A stretch of DNA of 40,570 nt, taken from contig JYFJ02003522.1 in NCBI GenBank assembly GCA_000934665.2, forward strand, positions 1 to 40,570. Direction: 5' to 3'. A program made the translations under genes and the position numbers. This stretch comes from Catajapyx aquilonaris. Lineage: Eukaryota. Under the pieces are notes generated by a model. That model was not told where the DNA came from and did no database searches. It saw only the letters and a list, made by a program, of their open reading frames with translations. Of this stretch, positions 21,501 to 35,833 are shown one piece after another; within the stretch, counting starts at the first letter, position 1; the number at the start of each line of letters is the position of its first letter.

Positions 21501-24147
21501 AGAAGCTCCCCTTTTGTGGGAGGACTTGGTAACCGAGAAGGTTCCGACTACGAAATTGGAAAAGAGCAGCCTCCGCAGCATGCCTTCGATCCATAGCCAA
21601 CTGGGCTGTTAGCGTCAGGTGAGTCATAAGCACACGCGATATAGTGGCGTGCCACCACATTGAATCAAGTTATTCCCATCTGGCGCAGGCTGTGAAGCCA
21701 TTGTCAGACATGTTTCTTGGCTCAAAAAGCCTGGAGCACATTCGAGCCAATCAACGACCCTGCCTGCCAGCTGGCCAATCACGGATAAGCTGACGTCACT
21801 ACTGTACGGGGGTTAATGAACCTACGGCGATCAAATGATCCAAAAAGCATACTTCTAATAAAATTAATAACAAAAATCCATCCGTATTTGCAGCCAACAG
21901 CCACTGTCACGATCCACCACCTAAAATAAATGAACCCCCTGAAAAAACTTAAAAGAAAGGTTGTCGACACCTACTTATCCTCCTTTTTTTTTCTTCCAGC
22001 AGCTCAACTATAGGAGACGACCCGCGATGCTGGCTCACGGGGCTGATGCAAAAGCGCGGTAACGACTCTGGAGAGAGTTGACCGTGGCAGGGGCGTGTCC
22101 GGACCGCGAAGTAAATCATCTCTCAGCTGGGCCTAATGCCCCGGCCCCATGGATCATGATAAGTGGGGCCAACCCATCATAAATGACAACCATTCCCGCC
22201 TTCAGTCACTGCAAGTTTATGCCTACCCTGGGTGAAGACTGACTTTAAGCCACCTGTAATGGGGGCTGCCCGGACACCAAATTTACGGTACGGCTTCTGT
22301 TTGCGTGTGTGGGTTACCCCTGCATGCATCGCTCTCGTTACACTAAAATTACCACTGTGTGTTTTTTCTTTGGGGGGGGGGGGCAGTGGATGAATATTGG
22401 ACCACCGATTCACAGTGACTAGAATACCCTGGAGGCACCACAACCGATCGTGTTACCACACAACTCCTTAATTAAGCAGGGGTCCCGACGGGTTCCTTAT
22501 GCCAACCCTTGATAAGTCCATTCCGGTTGGTTTTATTAAGTGCGCACAAGGCAAGAGGAATGGGCCTGAAGGCTCTGAAAGTGACAGAAAATTTATGAAG
22601 CCTGGGCGCTCTTGCATGGTCCCAACATTAATGATACCAAACAACTCCGGGAATGTCGGATGGGGAGGGAAAAGACGAAGCAGGCGCTAATTATCGATGC
22701 TGATGGCGTGGTCCGTCGACGAGACAGATCAATAATGGTGAGTTCTTATCCGGTCGTAATCCGGATCTTTTGAGCATGTGGCATGAAGGCAGCTTAGCAA
22801 AGGGGTAATGTGACCAAAAAAGGAGGGAAGTTTCCTGGACCAAAGACATTTTGGTCATAAATACATGTATTACATCGACACTTATCGGGGTGTAAATGTC
22901 ATTCAGCCACATCAATCCCAATTTCATTCTCCATTCCCACTGACGAGCGCCGATGTCCATTCCATTCCCATTCCGATGCATTACACTCGGTTATTCGATC
23001 GCTTGATTAGGGGGGGGATATGGCGAAAGAATTTTTCGCACACTCGTTTTGCGAGGCTGTTATTGCATTATTATTTCGGGTACAACGTTGGCTGGCAGTT
23101 AGTGGTCACTCATGAGTATGCCGGACCCCTCGTACCACCAACAGGACACATTAGTTATGTTAATAAAATCTGCTAACTTGGCACGACTAGTCAGCTACAC
23201 TCATGTAAACCCCATGTGAAGTACTCAGTGTGGTGCTCATTATTTAGCATACATTTTCAGCGAATATCAAAATAAAAAAATTATTAGACAGTACATTAAC
23301 AGTTCATGTTTACAGTAAAGTAATTAAGTACAGTTTAATGATATAAAAATATATATACTGTAGTTGGTCATTATTGTATGCTTGGCTTCCTGGCTATTGT
23401 TAAGAGATGGCGCCAGCAAGCCCCGCAATTTAAATCTCTCCAACACAGATGGAGTGGCTTAATGCAATCTGACAGGTGGGCGTTCCCTCGCGCATCCTGA
23501 TCACAACTCCTTGAGAGAGCCCCATATCCACTGGTCCAGCATGACAAAACAGGTCCCCGGTACGTCTTCTTCACCGCTCGACAAACCCCCAGGTCGCATG
23601 GAGCCGAAAGCACTGTCCCCCTCATGTAAACTGCATAAATAACGTCCAAAGTGCGGTGTAACTACACGGGGGCGAGATGACTCAGTTAATTCATGGAAAC
23701 CCTGCACGGGGCATTAGACTCCGGGCAAATATTGACCATTTCCTCTGGTCCCTCCACCAGGCAATGAAGATGGCCCAGAAGGAAACAACCACAATTAAAG
23801 TCGGACCAGAAGTGGAGGCGCGGTCTTTTAATTAATGATCGTCAGCTGTGTCCAACATCCATCTGATCTGAAGCAGGACGAATGGTGTCCTCCCCCTCCT
23901 ACAATATCTACATCTGAAAAGGCTTCTCGGAATGTCAACCAGAAGCCTTCCTAGTTACAAATCTGTCGTCGACATTCAGACCGACGTTTGTTTGTTTGTT
24001 GGCATGCATGCCGCTCTTGGCATCATTCACACGGATGAGATGCGTCACAATCTTGGCCCAGACTTGATTTATAACCAGGTTTATCCGAGCTGCGAAATAT
24101 GTTAAGCTGGAGCTCTTCAGCTTAACAATAATTCGCTCATATTTCGC

Positions 24148-24207
24148 AGCATTACAAACATTCAAACTTCGCGCCTCTAGGCGCGAAGTTTGAATATTTG
24201 TAACGCT
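24148..24207. repeat. 60-bp near-perfect palindrome
   Basis: AGCATTACAAACATTCAAACTTCGCGCCT-CT-AGGCGCGAAGTTTGAATATTTGTAACGCT. 27 of 29 positions pair. Confidence 0.9.
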
Positions 24208-27200
24208 TTGTTAATATCGAAAGAAATGTGTTTTTCCAGACCCATATAGCACAAGTCAGCATTGCACAAGATGTTGTATCGTTCTGACCTTTTGCAATCA
24301 GCGTTTTTCGCAATTCCGATAAATCCTTTTGGCGAAACTTGCGACATGAAGAGCCTTGTTATTCACAGGATGATGTACGTACTTTGGACCCCCGACTGTT
24401 ATGCGCGACTTTGGGAGCTAGCTGATCAATGGCTGGAAAACTTTCGGATTACGCTTCTCCTTTCAGTTCCACGGTGCTTGAAATCGTTATCAAGCCAAAG
24501 TGTTTAAAACTTGTGGAATCGAACTGGGGAAAGAGAAAGCCGGATTCTTCTTCTTCTTTTTTTAAATGTAATTGACTTAAGTGCGTTCCAACAAACTCCT
24601 GCTAAAATGACATGTTTCTAGCATTACCTCACCCACTTCCGGATATGCAAAATGTATTCACCATCAAACTTTTTTCCCACCAAAACCTCTCACTGTCAGC
24701 AGTGAGAAAGGGTTCCTTTCTCCCCACAAAATCCGGCTAATCCTGCGATAGTCATGAGGATCTAAATTTTTGAGAACCCCTTTACCCCGGACGGACCCTG
24801 CCAATTCCATCCCAGGGTTTCAAGAAGAAGAAGTGGGTAAAAAAAGATGCTTCTTCTCTTTTCCAAACCCAAGACGGTGAAAAACTGCCCTCCGAAAATT
24901 CCCAAAGAACATCAAAAATGGAATAGGAGCGATGAACTTCCTCCGTGCCATAATCGAATCAAAAGGAGCGGGAGGATCCGGGGGCATATACTGTTGGTAA
25001 GATGAAAAACCCTGGCCCGGATTTGGTACCAAATTACTCACCACACTCCTAACCGAGCCTAGCCGCAATTTGACGTCAGGTCTTAAATCGGATCAGAACT
25101 TTGAGCAAATTATACGCAGGTATGCTTCCTGGAACTTGCACTGATATTGTTGCAAAATAGACTTTATTTTCATTGCTTAAATTAAGGCACGGTTATTATT
25201 AGACGTATGTTATGCATATATACGGATGACCGAATTTCTGCTGAATACTTTCAAAGCAGGGCCGAGGTCCGTGATTTAATTTTAACTAACATGGAGTGCT
25301 TACACTGTACAAGCACAGAGTTAGCAACGTACAATGTAATTACTGAACCTGTAATAACACTGTACAGTAGCCAGCAAAAAGCATATAGTTAACGTGAAGT
25401 AATATGTTTTCGGAATTTTTGGGGCCTATAGGTTTATCCAATACTTTTCTGGCATATAGTGACCCAATTTTGAATGCCAAATGGTCCGTTTTGGTAGCTT
25501 AGATAGATACAACATATTTCAGCAGTAACTGCTGAAATATGTTGTAATTGATTTTACACAAATTAAGCACAAATCGTCGAACTGCTGTTGGCGATTTGCG
25601 CGTTCGTGTTTTAAAATTAATTAATTGGATAAAAATTATTTGCCGAAGACTGTGACTCCAGCACACTAGTGACCACCGGGAATACACATAAAATTGGTTT
25701 CTTTCAGCACCCTCACATGGCCCTATACCCTATATTTCACGCCGATTCCGGAAATGGGGGAATTAAAAACATCGCTTCCGCATCACAGCTAACTGGTACC
25801 AACTGGTGTATAAATCAGAGCCAGAGGCCTACAGTTTAATTAATCTGTCGCCTCCACCCAGGGTTAACCCGCAGCCGTTGGTCCGATGAACGACGTTCAT
25901 TCACCAAAGATGGCTGCCAGTGAATTACGTCTTCATTAGACGAATTAATCTGGAGGGCCAGAAAAATACTGCTTTTCATCCCCACCAGGGGACCCCTAAC
26001 ACTTGGAAGATTTTTACACACGCAGAGGTCAGGTCATCCATCTGCCAGCCCCTCTCTGTAGGGGGTGCTGAAAGTCCCTATGTTTACACGATTGGTCCAT
26101 GGAATGTGGTTACCCGCAGGATTCTGCTCGTGACAGTTTCATGATTCGGAAAACAACACTGATTAAATTGGAGCCTGAATCGAGGTGAGTCCTGGACCTC
26201 GTTAAGGAGTGGGATTAACAGCTCCTTGATGACCTTCTGCCACCTGCACAAGTCATGGGGAGGAGAAAAGAGGGCTCTCCGATGATTTGCAGCCTTGTCT
26301 ACGTGGCAACCGTACACACACACACCTTAAAAACCTCTAACATGCAATCCCCGAGATAAAAGTCGTACCGCCTGACAGACGTATGGCAATCACAGCTACA
26401 CGATTCGCTAACGACTGTGCCACAATGCACGATTCAGTAATTGAAGGGGGGTGGCCCCGGGTCCAATGGTGCTAACCCACAATATGTTTTCTTTGGATGG
26501 GGGTGAGACAAGAGAAATGTTCAAAAATTTTTGGGTTCATTGTACAAAAGTTCACGACTTGACACGCGCGTGATATTTCCTAACAAAAGTTAATTTTCGT
26601 GCAATTTATTATAATAATAATTAGTGGACGAATGAATTTGGTGATATTGTAGAATATTTTTACATTATTATTAATTGCTAAAAATTGTCAACTAAGATGT
26701 AACCCTAAAAATACCTGCCAGATACCTGAACTACATTTCTGCGTGTCCTTCCAGGAGGAGGAGGCGACACGACATTCTTGTCGACACCCAAAAAGTAATT
26801 GGATGACGTAAGAGGAACATGTTCATATATCTTTCTTTCCAATTAAAGGAAATTTACGTTTCCTGTTCGACCTCCCCCCTCCCTTCCCCCACTCAGCTCC
26901 AAATAAAAAAAAATTAAACAAAAAAAATATATATAGAAGCCAGTTGGAAACCCTTTGGCGGGATGAGCAGATTGTCAAGTCATCCACATTACACTGCTCT
27001 TCTGGAATTAGAATTAATCTGGCCTTAACTGAAATTGCCAACGTCATTAATTTTATCTCCCCCCCCCCCCAGCAACCCCCCTCCAAACCGAAGGGGGGTT
27101 CTAAGGCCCTCGATGGCCGTTAGCCTCCCAGAAAAATGGGGAAGCTCTCTTTCTACGTGGGCGTCCACAAGGGCCTGTGGAGATTTTTACCTCCGGGACG

Positions 27201-30200
27201 TTGACTGGTTTCCCGTCTCTAGTTATTGGCCTCAGCTCTGCGAAATATACCTTAGTTTTTTTTGGTCTTAAAACCCAGCGGAAGAAAACGGGGAATGATT
27301 TCTGGGACCCCCTGCTGCTATTCCCTGAAAATATTTATCAGTTACAATCCGCAATAGGCACCTGACTGTTATTGTTATTATTATTATTATATGGAAGTAC
27401 AATAAGTCAATGTCGGGACCTAATTAACCGCATGTAATTATCTACACGTGCCCGGAAACTCAGGTGTGCTTTCAGACCAGATGCCCCCTTTAAATATTTC
27501 CAATGTTTTACATAATTGCGAGCCAATTACGGCCCTTGAGCGAGCTTGCAATTAATTATGCTGGAAGTGTAAAAGGTACACACGTAGTCTCCAAGGAAAC
27601 TTGAGAAAATCCGNAGGCGTCGTATCAAGGAGGGCTTTCTGGCACGGAATTGGGGAGCCTCGTGTTACGTCAATATTCGCAAGGAGTAATTATGCAAACT
27701 TTTGGCACACCCACCCCCGCTCATAGCACAAACCCCCAGCAAACTTCGCCAATTTCCGATGGGAGCATCAATAATCCCTTCGGAAAACAAACAAATGCTT
27801 CAAAAGCAGGCGGTGGTGTCTCAAATTGAGGCAGGCCACGCCCAGTTCTACCCCCCCAAAAAAGAGAGCAATTATGTTAATTATCGCTAATTGATGCGCC
27901 AGAGTGGGTTTGGCAGAGGGATGTCCAGTCGCGGTCTGGTATTGGTCACCGTGTCACATGGGGGTCAATAATGCGGTTGCAACAATGTGGCAATAATTTA
28001 AATGAATAATAAATTCACAATTTTGGCAGAAAATGGCACAGGGTGAGCTACAAATATTCGTGAAAAGTTTTCCTATTGGCAGCCCTGTTATTCCGTTACA
28101 ACCACCCCTCAAAAAAAAATCAGGTAACATCCGATAATCCTCGCAATCACGTTTTATTACCTCTCCACCCCAAAGCCTCATTTATTCTCAATTTCTTCCA
28201 CGCATGAAAAGGATCCACGTACTGCACTGAAGCCTCCATGTAATGAGAGAGTAACAATTTTTTTTAAACTTTTAAAGAAAAGGAACAGAACCCCAAGAGG
28301 TGGGCAACAGCATCTGACCTTGAAATCCTGTTTGACCGCCTGCAGGTAAAGGTAAAAGAGGTGCCAGGGCTGCCCATACTCTCAGAGTTGGACGCCCTTT
28401 TTAAGATCTTCCATCATGGCTGCTCCTCTCATTTTTTTTGTGTGTGTATCTGCCTATATGTGTTTCAAAAAAAAACCCATCCGACACTACCAGGTGTTAG
28501 TAGCCTCCTCTTTCTCGCTATTTCCTCACCTCGTTAACCAACCGAATTTTACAACCGAATTTATCATTGATCACATAACATTCCAGAATTTGCCTCCGGA
28601 TCTTTCTTCTATAGAGTAACTATATATATATATTTTTTTCTCTCTACGATTTCATTGCGGTGCATTCCACTTTGCCACCTGCTCTTTACTCCTAGCCTAG
28701 AGCACCGTGTAGCACTTTTCGCATCGGGGAAATAGCACTTTGCTTGTTGGTTATGTTACATGGATATAATTAGGGGAGTTGGCCGTTAGGGTTGTTAGTA
28801 CAAGAGCTTGTCCATTGATTCGAATCTGGGACCCGGTTAGTTTTAGCTGCCATTGTTGGGGAATGCCGATTTGAGTAGGCCCTACTGGTCAATAAAAAAA
28901 ACCGGGTGTCTGTTTGAAACAAAGTCATGGACTCGGCAAGGTGTTCAATTTTTTTTAAATATAAGGAATGAAACCCTAATATTTTTTCTCCAGCCAATCT
29001 TCTAATTTCAATCGACACAACCGGGCCTAACATTTCAAACCAATAAAAACAACCAGAAACAACCGAAACCGGTAGCTTGTTACTCCAACGTACAAGTTGA
29101 TTAATTAATAACGATGATGCCCAGATAATTCCTCCGCTTGTTAATATGTAAAGGCATCTATCACGCATTCCCTTCCTGTTTTGCTCGCCAAACTTCGTGT
29201 TTTTTGAGTTTTAAAAAAACCTGAACAAACGACTCGATTGGGGGAATATCCTTAGCACGGATTAGTTCCGCAGTTTACTTCAAGCCCAAGAAAGGTTTTA
29301 AGAACAAAAAAAAAAGTTATCATGTTGGGAGCGCAAGCTTGGTTGAGCTCTAATGAGGCTCCTCCTCCTCTATTAAAACCTCAGTCTGACATACGTGAGG
29401 CAGGCTTGTTTATCAAAAAAGCTGGTGGAAATCTTTTTGTCCCAGGTGAAATGCCTCCAAAAAGCTGACGTTCAAAAGAAGGCAGGATGCTGGCAGGTAG
29501 GCACAGAATTATGCTTCTTAAAAAAAATCTTCAGTGTTACGATAAAGACCTGTCTTAAAACCAAATCCAACCTGGTTATGGATCCGATAATCCACTTTTT
29601 TTTTACCCCTAGCACATTTACATGCGTCACAAAATTTGTAATGACATTATCGGCAATCCTTGTTTACATTACTGCCATAATCAATTTGCAGCCATCTAGT
29701 ATTCAAAACATGTAAATATCGCAGTGCCAAATCGCATTTTTAGTGAGCGAGAAAACTACATCGCGCGCAGAAATAACACGCTCCCCCAAAATTGCTTTGA
29801 TCCGCCAGTGGAGTGTTAATGTCATTTCCTAAACTAACCCTGTTAACTAAAAAACATGTTCAGTTAATTTTAGGAACCGATCCGATTTGGAAGGCCTCCC
29901 CAAAGCCCCAAACGCGAATTGAACCTAGCAACCCACTCGAATCGATCCTCTTTTTTTTCCATCTAGAATAAAAGCTAGGAGGTGCTCAACCTCAGCTGAA
30001 CCCACTCTTTGGCCCTCTGACAAAAAGGGGTGGTCATACCTTTTCCTGAAGAAGAAAAAAAAATCCCTGCAGGCTACGGGAATTTCCGGCCACTTCTGCA
30101 TGCAATTTGGCCTCCTCAAGTCCCTCCGGCTCCTTGAAGGAAGTCTTAATAGCTCTGCCACGCCGCGATGAAATGACATCGTTTTTCGTGGTGGCCACAT

Positions 30201-32303
30201 CTGCCCCAACATTTATCGGCATCTGGCTGACCCTCCGTTTGGTCAGAAAAAAACAACAACAAACATTTGTTTTTCTCCTAATGACAAAATGGCCGTCTGA
30301 CAAGATGGCCGCTCCGCATGGCTTCTCTCCGTCCGCCATTTTAATGTCGTAAAAAATATTGTTGGGGGGACATACACAATAATCAAACCGTTGCGTGACT
30401 GACCTAATGAGACACAGTTTGGAGTTAACCACTGCTGTTTTGGATCCCCCCCTGAAGGAATGAAATCTTTCATCATGGGTTGCCATTTTTCCTAAATTGC
30501 TATCGAGGCCTTGTGTGGGTGGGTGTGTGGCCTTAGATTTTTTTTCGGAGGGTAGTGTCAAAGTTTTTCGTGGGACGTGGGAAATATTGCGCGTGTTTGT
30601 AAAAAAAAAAAAAGAGGAGAGGGGGTGGCCCAGGGAATTTTTGGGCGTAGAGTTTACGTGTTTAAGTCGATAGTATCGCTGGATGCTACCTGGCTTACGA
30701 AGGCGTGTACCATCTCATTATACTTTTTCCTCTTTCGTCTCGGTTCGTTTCCCTGAAGTCCCACAAACTTCCCAAGAAATCCTAAAAAAAAAGTTTAACC
30801 ATTCGTTTGTTCCGCGCATTAAGTATCGACGAATTCAATGAATTACAAAATGTAGCCGCCATGACGCTGTACATGATAAGCAGCTCTTTAATTGTAAAAA
30901 TATTGCTGCCACGTCCTTGTGTTTATAACACACCCTTAATTTGAAAAGTCACACCAATGCACTTTCAAATGCTTCGATACCATCACACGATACTTTCAAT
31001 AACTTATGTGAACTCCACGTGCGGAACCAATCGCCTTTGCCCATACCGTTTTTTTTGTTCTTATGTTTTAAAATCCCCCACACACACCCCCTGGAGGCCA
31101 CACCAGCCACGGCGAATGTGATTTTTATGACTCTGATAATGATCAAAGACGCGTCGGAAGATGCGTTTCTTCCACCTACTCATGCGTCAGGGAACGAGCA
31201 ACACATGCATATGAGTATAACCCCTTCAAGGCATACCACTATACCCCCCACCAAATATTGAGTGACGTCACCAAATCAGTTTAATAACGCACGTCGTTTC
31301 CTGTATCCAAACCACTATTTTCTAACCCATCGACACGATCAGCTTACTCCCGATCCTCCTAGATATTATAGATTATGTACCTGGAAGAGCAGCTTGATTA
31401 TCAGTAGACCTGAAAAACCAGCTCTTGCAAATTCTTACCTCCTTGAGCCCCACCCCCTTTGCCTTTTCGATATACAGTAGAGTGGGGGCCAAAGGCGCGA
31501 AGGAATACTACCCGTCTCTAGTTATGCCTGTCTGGTGCAATTTAGTGGTAACAAATGAGAAATAAATCTCGGAGCCAAGTGCAGGTTGATATCCCCCCCT
31601 CCCTCCCTCCCCCATTCCCTTGCCCCATTCTAATCCAGCCGATCTCACCTTCACCCTTTAGTTACCTGGCCCAACCGCAAAGGTAGGAGGATCTCGCTCG
31701 TGACTTTGCCGACTTACAAGAAACGAGATGCAAAAGCTGCAGGGGCTATAAAAATGGAGGGGTGTGGATGAGGAGGGGGGATTCATAAAAATGGTTGGCG
31801 TGATGAAGGAATTTCGAGATGGAACCGATGGAAAAAGAAAGTAGAAGACGACTAGAGAGAAAAAATGGTTGGACTGGAGGGTGCGGATAGAAAAGTGCAA
31901 AATAATTGAGCTTTGTATGGAAATTGTGTGAATAATTGGAGGGGTGATGCGAAACATGGGGCGTTTGATATGCTAATGTTCGAAATGGGTGCGTTTTTAT
32001 CAAAAATCCACATGGAGATTTAATTTTCTTTTTTTCCGGATGGATCCTTGCAAACAAACATGCTATTTATCTGCCACAAGGCAAAAGTGTTCATGTAGTA
32101 CCCCATACATAACATACATAAAGTTAGTGGTTTAGGTTGAAGAAGTTCAGAATGCCAGTAATTGACAACGACGTTGAACTTGGCCGTATTTCAGATCTCA
32201 CCACTTTTTACGGCCAAGCAGTCAGGAGAACTTGGCATTTTTTTTTACTGAAAGGTTTTTGGTGGGATACATACTTTCTCTCTGCACACTACTGCCACTC
32301 TCA

Positions 32304-32349
32304 GCTTAGCTTGAAGCTCGAAGCAGCATGCTTAGCTCGAAGCTCGAAG
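32304..32349. repeat. Short direct repeat
   Basis: GCTTAGCTYGAAGCTCGAAG twice, with a 6-bp spacer. Confidence 0.7.
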
Positions 32350-33009
32350 TTGATATCTGACCCCGGACAAACAGACGCACAGACTTTATAAACAGCACAA
32401 ATGTCGCATGGCCATACCTTCACCAGATAAGGTCAAACAAAAAACATCGTTTTAACCTTGTAGAGAGAAGGTAAAAATGACAGGGTGTATTCAACCTCAG
32501 AACCGCCCAGCAAAATTACGGTAGCAAATTGCTGTATGTTTGCGGTCGTGTCCCTCGCTGATATTTTTTCCCCCCCAAAAAGAGCACTAAAAATATGTAT
32601 CTGCATCATCCTCAGGATTACCAATTCATATGAGGCACCTTTTTCCCCGACATACACGGTGCGGCCTCCTCCACTTCCTTCAGCTCATCCACCCCCATGC
32701 TCCGCCTCAAGAATGGCGAATGAAATTTGATTGGCCCTTAAGGTCCACAGTTGCCCACCTTTTCATGGCGAAGTTGCTAGACCGTGGTGGAGGCCGCTCT
32801 TCCGACTCCAAGCCTCCTGAACCGGATGTTTCCGCGATAACTAACCACCACCATGCCCACCACCACCACCGTGGGACCACCTCAACCAGTACACCCAGTA
32901 CCTGTCTCCGGCCATCCAGTTTGCTCGATGGTTCATGCCTGAGCCGGATTGCATTTCGCCGATGTGGTTCTTGGCTCGAAGTGTACGTAATTAGGTCCCA
33001 AAAAGCAGT

Positions 33010-33310
33010 CTGCATAATTTCAAATTGTACTGGTGAATAGAAACGCCAAATTGTACTGTAGAAAAATATTTTGTGTATAACCAACAAAATGCACCTATTG
33101 CATAACAATATTCACCATTCTGCATAATTTTATATAACAGCATAAAACATAAAAATGTATAAATATATTTGTACGTAATTGAGAAATTGAGAAATGCACC
33201 TGGTGCATTAAAATATTCCCCAATTTGCATAATTTTATACACTGCACTTTGTACAGAAAATTAGGATGGTAGATAATTTTATGGCCTTGGTGCATAAAGT
33301 GAATATGTTT
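33010..33310. repeat. Degenerate AT-rich tandem repeat, period about 105 bp
   Basis: AAATGCACCT..TGCAT..AATATTC.CC...TGCATAATTTTATA occurs at about 33087 and 33192. TGCATAATTT also occurs at 33012. Confidence 0.6.
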
Positions 33311-35755
33311 TTTTAAAGCAATGTAGGCCTATACAGTAACATTTTATGCTCCAGAAAGTAGTGAATAAAAAATATGCAGACTGGTTAATAATTTTCTATA
33401 ATGACTAAATAATCCAAAAAATGCCTTAAGTTTGTTGTTGATTTTTAATAATAATGTGTGCATATTTTTATGCATTTTAAAATCCCAAGTGCTGTCGTGC
33501 GCTGTATTGCTCACCACCGTCTAAATGCAATTCGGTGCAGTAGTCTCCCACATGTTTCCCGGAGATTTCAACGCTCGGTAGAGCAAGCAGCTATTTTTCA
33601 ACGGCTTCTGGTATCACAATGTATAATTTCTAAAAAAATTCTCACAGCAGGCCTTGAACCCCACAAGAGCTGGAGCTGTTTTCAAAACGAGTAGCCCTGT
33701 CGTAAAGCACGGGAGGGCTTTTGGTCAAGGCTCACACACACACCACACATCTGACTAGGGCAACTCTACTGGTTGATTCGCTCACGAAAAGGCAGCAACC
33801 ACACACGCCAAAGACTTCCCTTGGCCTCCAGGCACTCACTTCCTTACACGCACCCGCCTCTAGGTGGGTACTTGCTCACTGCTTCAGGGGGGCAGGTGCA
33901 AAAATTTTAGCATTCAATTCCGCCATTTTCTATTCAGCCTCCTCACCTTATCGAGAGAAAAAAGGGTGTATTTTATTGCAATTGGGTCCAAAATTGCAGC
34001 CGATTTCTTGTTTAGATAAGCATGGTGGAAGAATTCCTTCGTTCCCCTGCTCATCAGCATTAGAATGAAGGATGTGGCCTTCACGTGCAAAAGAAGGAGC
34101 GAGAAAAATGTGCCTTCCAGTGATTGGGGCCTGGCCCATTCGTGCTATGGGAAGAATATAAAAAAAGTCAGGCTCCAGAAGAATATTCGGGGGCTCCCAT
34201 GGTGTAAGCATTGTTGTGATGGGAAAGTATCATTCCCAATCCAGACAGATCAGTTTTCAAATTCCATTAATAAATTTTTTATGGCCGCACAAAACCGGCA
34301 GTTTACACCCAATTTATATTCTACAAACTCCATAGTATTCCCATTCATAGCCTATCAATACGGCTGTAATAGAACTGGGGTGACAATGCTTCTGGTAGCT
34401 CTCTCGAAAAAATGGGTGTAAACACGAGCATTATGGCTATTTTTGAGGGGAACCCTCGTCTGTCTCGTGGTGATCTAAGAAATGGGCTCGTTGGGGACGA
34501 TGCCTGCCTGCATTTCCCTTTACGACTGCTCCAAAGAGGTTCCGGGTAGTAACGGCTAATTGACCCAACCCATCTTCCAAGACGGTGCACTGTAACATTC
34601 AAGGCTTACGGCAGACAATCCTCTCGCTATAGCACCTAAATGCTCCCAAAAAACGGGCTCCAAAAAAAAAAAAGGGTCGACACTATGGCGGCATTTGCTT
34701 ATTCCATCCCCAACAATTTAAATCGCTTGTACCTTGTTAAACTTAGATAAATCTTGATTCGCGCATAATGGCGGCGACACTCCAGGCGAATTAAATACCT
34801 TCTCGCACCTCAATTTGGATTAATGGTTGGGTCCTAAAATTAATTTCTTCCTCTGGAGACAACTCGCCTACGTATGGAATTAAAACTAGGCGACAAATTG
34901 ACAGTAGGCCCGGCCGCAGTTTTAAGCATGTCATCCCCAGATCTGTCCTAGTTTTTTTTCTCCCCATTCTATCGAGTGCACGCCCTTATTGAAATTTGCG
35001 TATCCGACGGCCTTGTTCGTATCGAGCATAACTAATATTAGCTTCCATTTTCCACTTTCTCTGGTCGTATCTGCCGCCAAATAGCAGGCGCCATTATGGA
35101 GATAGTGGGGTTTAAAAATAATAATCTGGCTTTTTGGGAAGCGAAAAACCGCTGTATAGATAAGCATGTGCGTGGTATTTGGTCTTTAGATGAAGTGAAG
35201 TGTTTGATAAGGCTTTAAAACAATGATTGGGGTTCAAAAATGTAGCACTCTGGTGTTTATAACAGGCCGTTGGCGATAACCAGAAATATTGGCGGTTAGT
35301 GAACAGAGTCATAAAAGTTGTAAAAAGCTTCGAGTTCTACTTTGTATTAATGTTACAATGGCCACACACACAAAAAAATAACAAAAACCTGTTGGCCTAC
35401 AAACAACGCAGGTGTGTCTCATCCAAACGTCAATCTGTCAACGGCGGTATCAATCAAGAACTTGAATCTCTGTAGGTCACTTGGCAATTCAGCGATAGGT
35501 ACATTTTGACTGACACGCTGTCTGATATACCCAGACTATTTGTCCTTGTTTTGATTTTTTGCTACGAATAGTTGGTCGAATCGTTTGTCTTGGTATAACA
35601 AGTGGCAAAAATTTGTTGTCATCGTCCAGGAGCCAGATCGTGTCGTGCCCAATCTCTCCCTTTGTGTTACGGTTAGAGATGATGTCATGGTTAAGCCACA
35701 AGTAATGATCAGAAATTGTCAGTTTGGTTTAGAAGGCCAGTCATGCCTTGGTAAG

Positions 35756-35833
35756 GGCATGGGCTAGGCCTAGGCCGGCATGGGCTAGGCCTAGCCGCAC
35801 TGAGCTGGGCCTAGCCGCACTGAGCTGGGCCTA
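35756..35833. repeat. Compound short tandem duplication
   Basis: GGCATGGGCTAGGCCTAG twice (period 21), then CTAGCCGCACTGAGCTGGGC twice (period 20). Confidence 0.85.

Noticed and set aside
30576..30583. Su(H) sites CGTGGGAA (also 38589-38596 on the - strand)
   Set aside because: About one such 8-mer is expected by chance in 40 kb on both strands, and they are not paired or clustered.
30034..33108. Longer intronic ORFs (175 aa at 30034-30561, 136 aa at 32630-33040, 133 aa at 32707-33108)
   Set aside because: Composition is driven by homopolymers and low complexity, with no motifs or consistent splice structure.
35756..35833. CRISPR-like or Ig-switch-like repeat array
   Set aside because: Only two copies per unit, no spacers, and an invertebrate intronic context.
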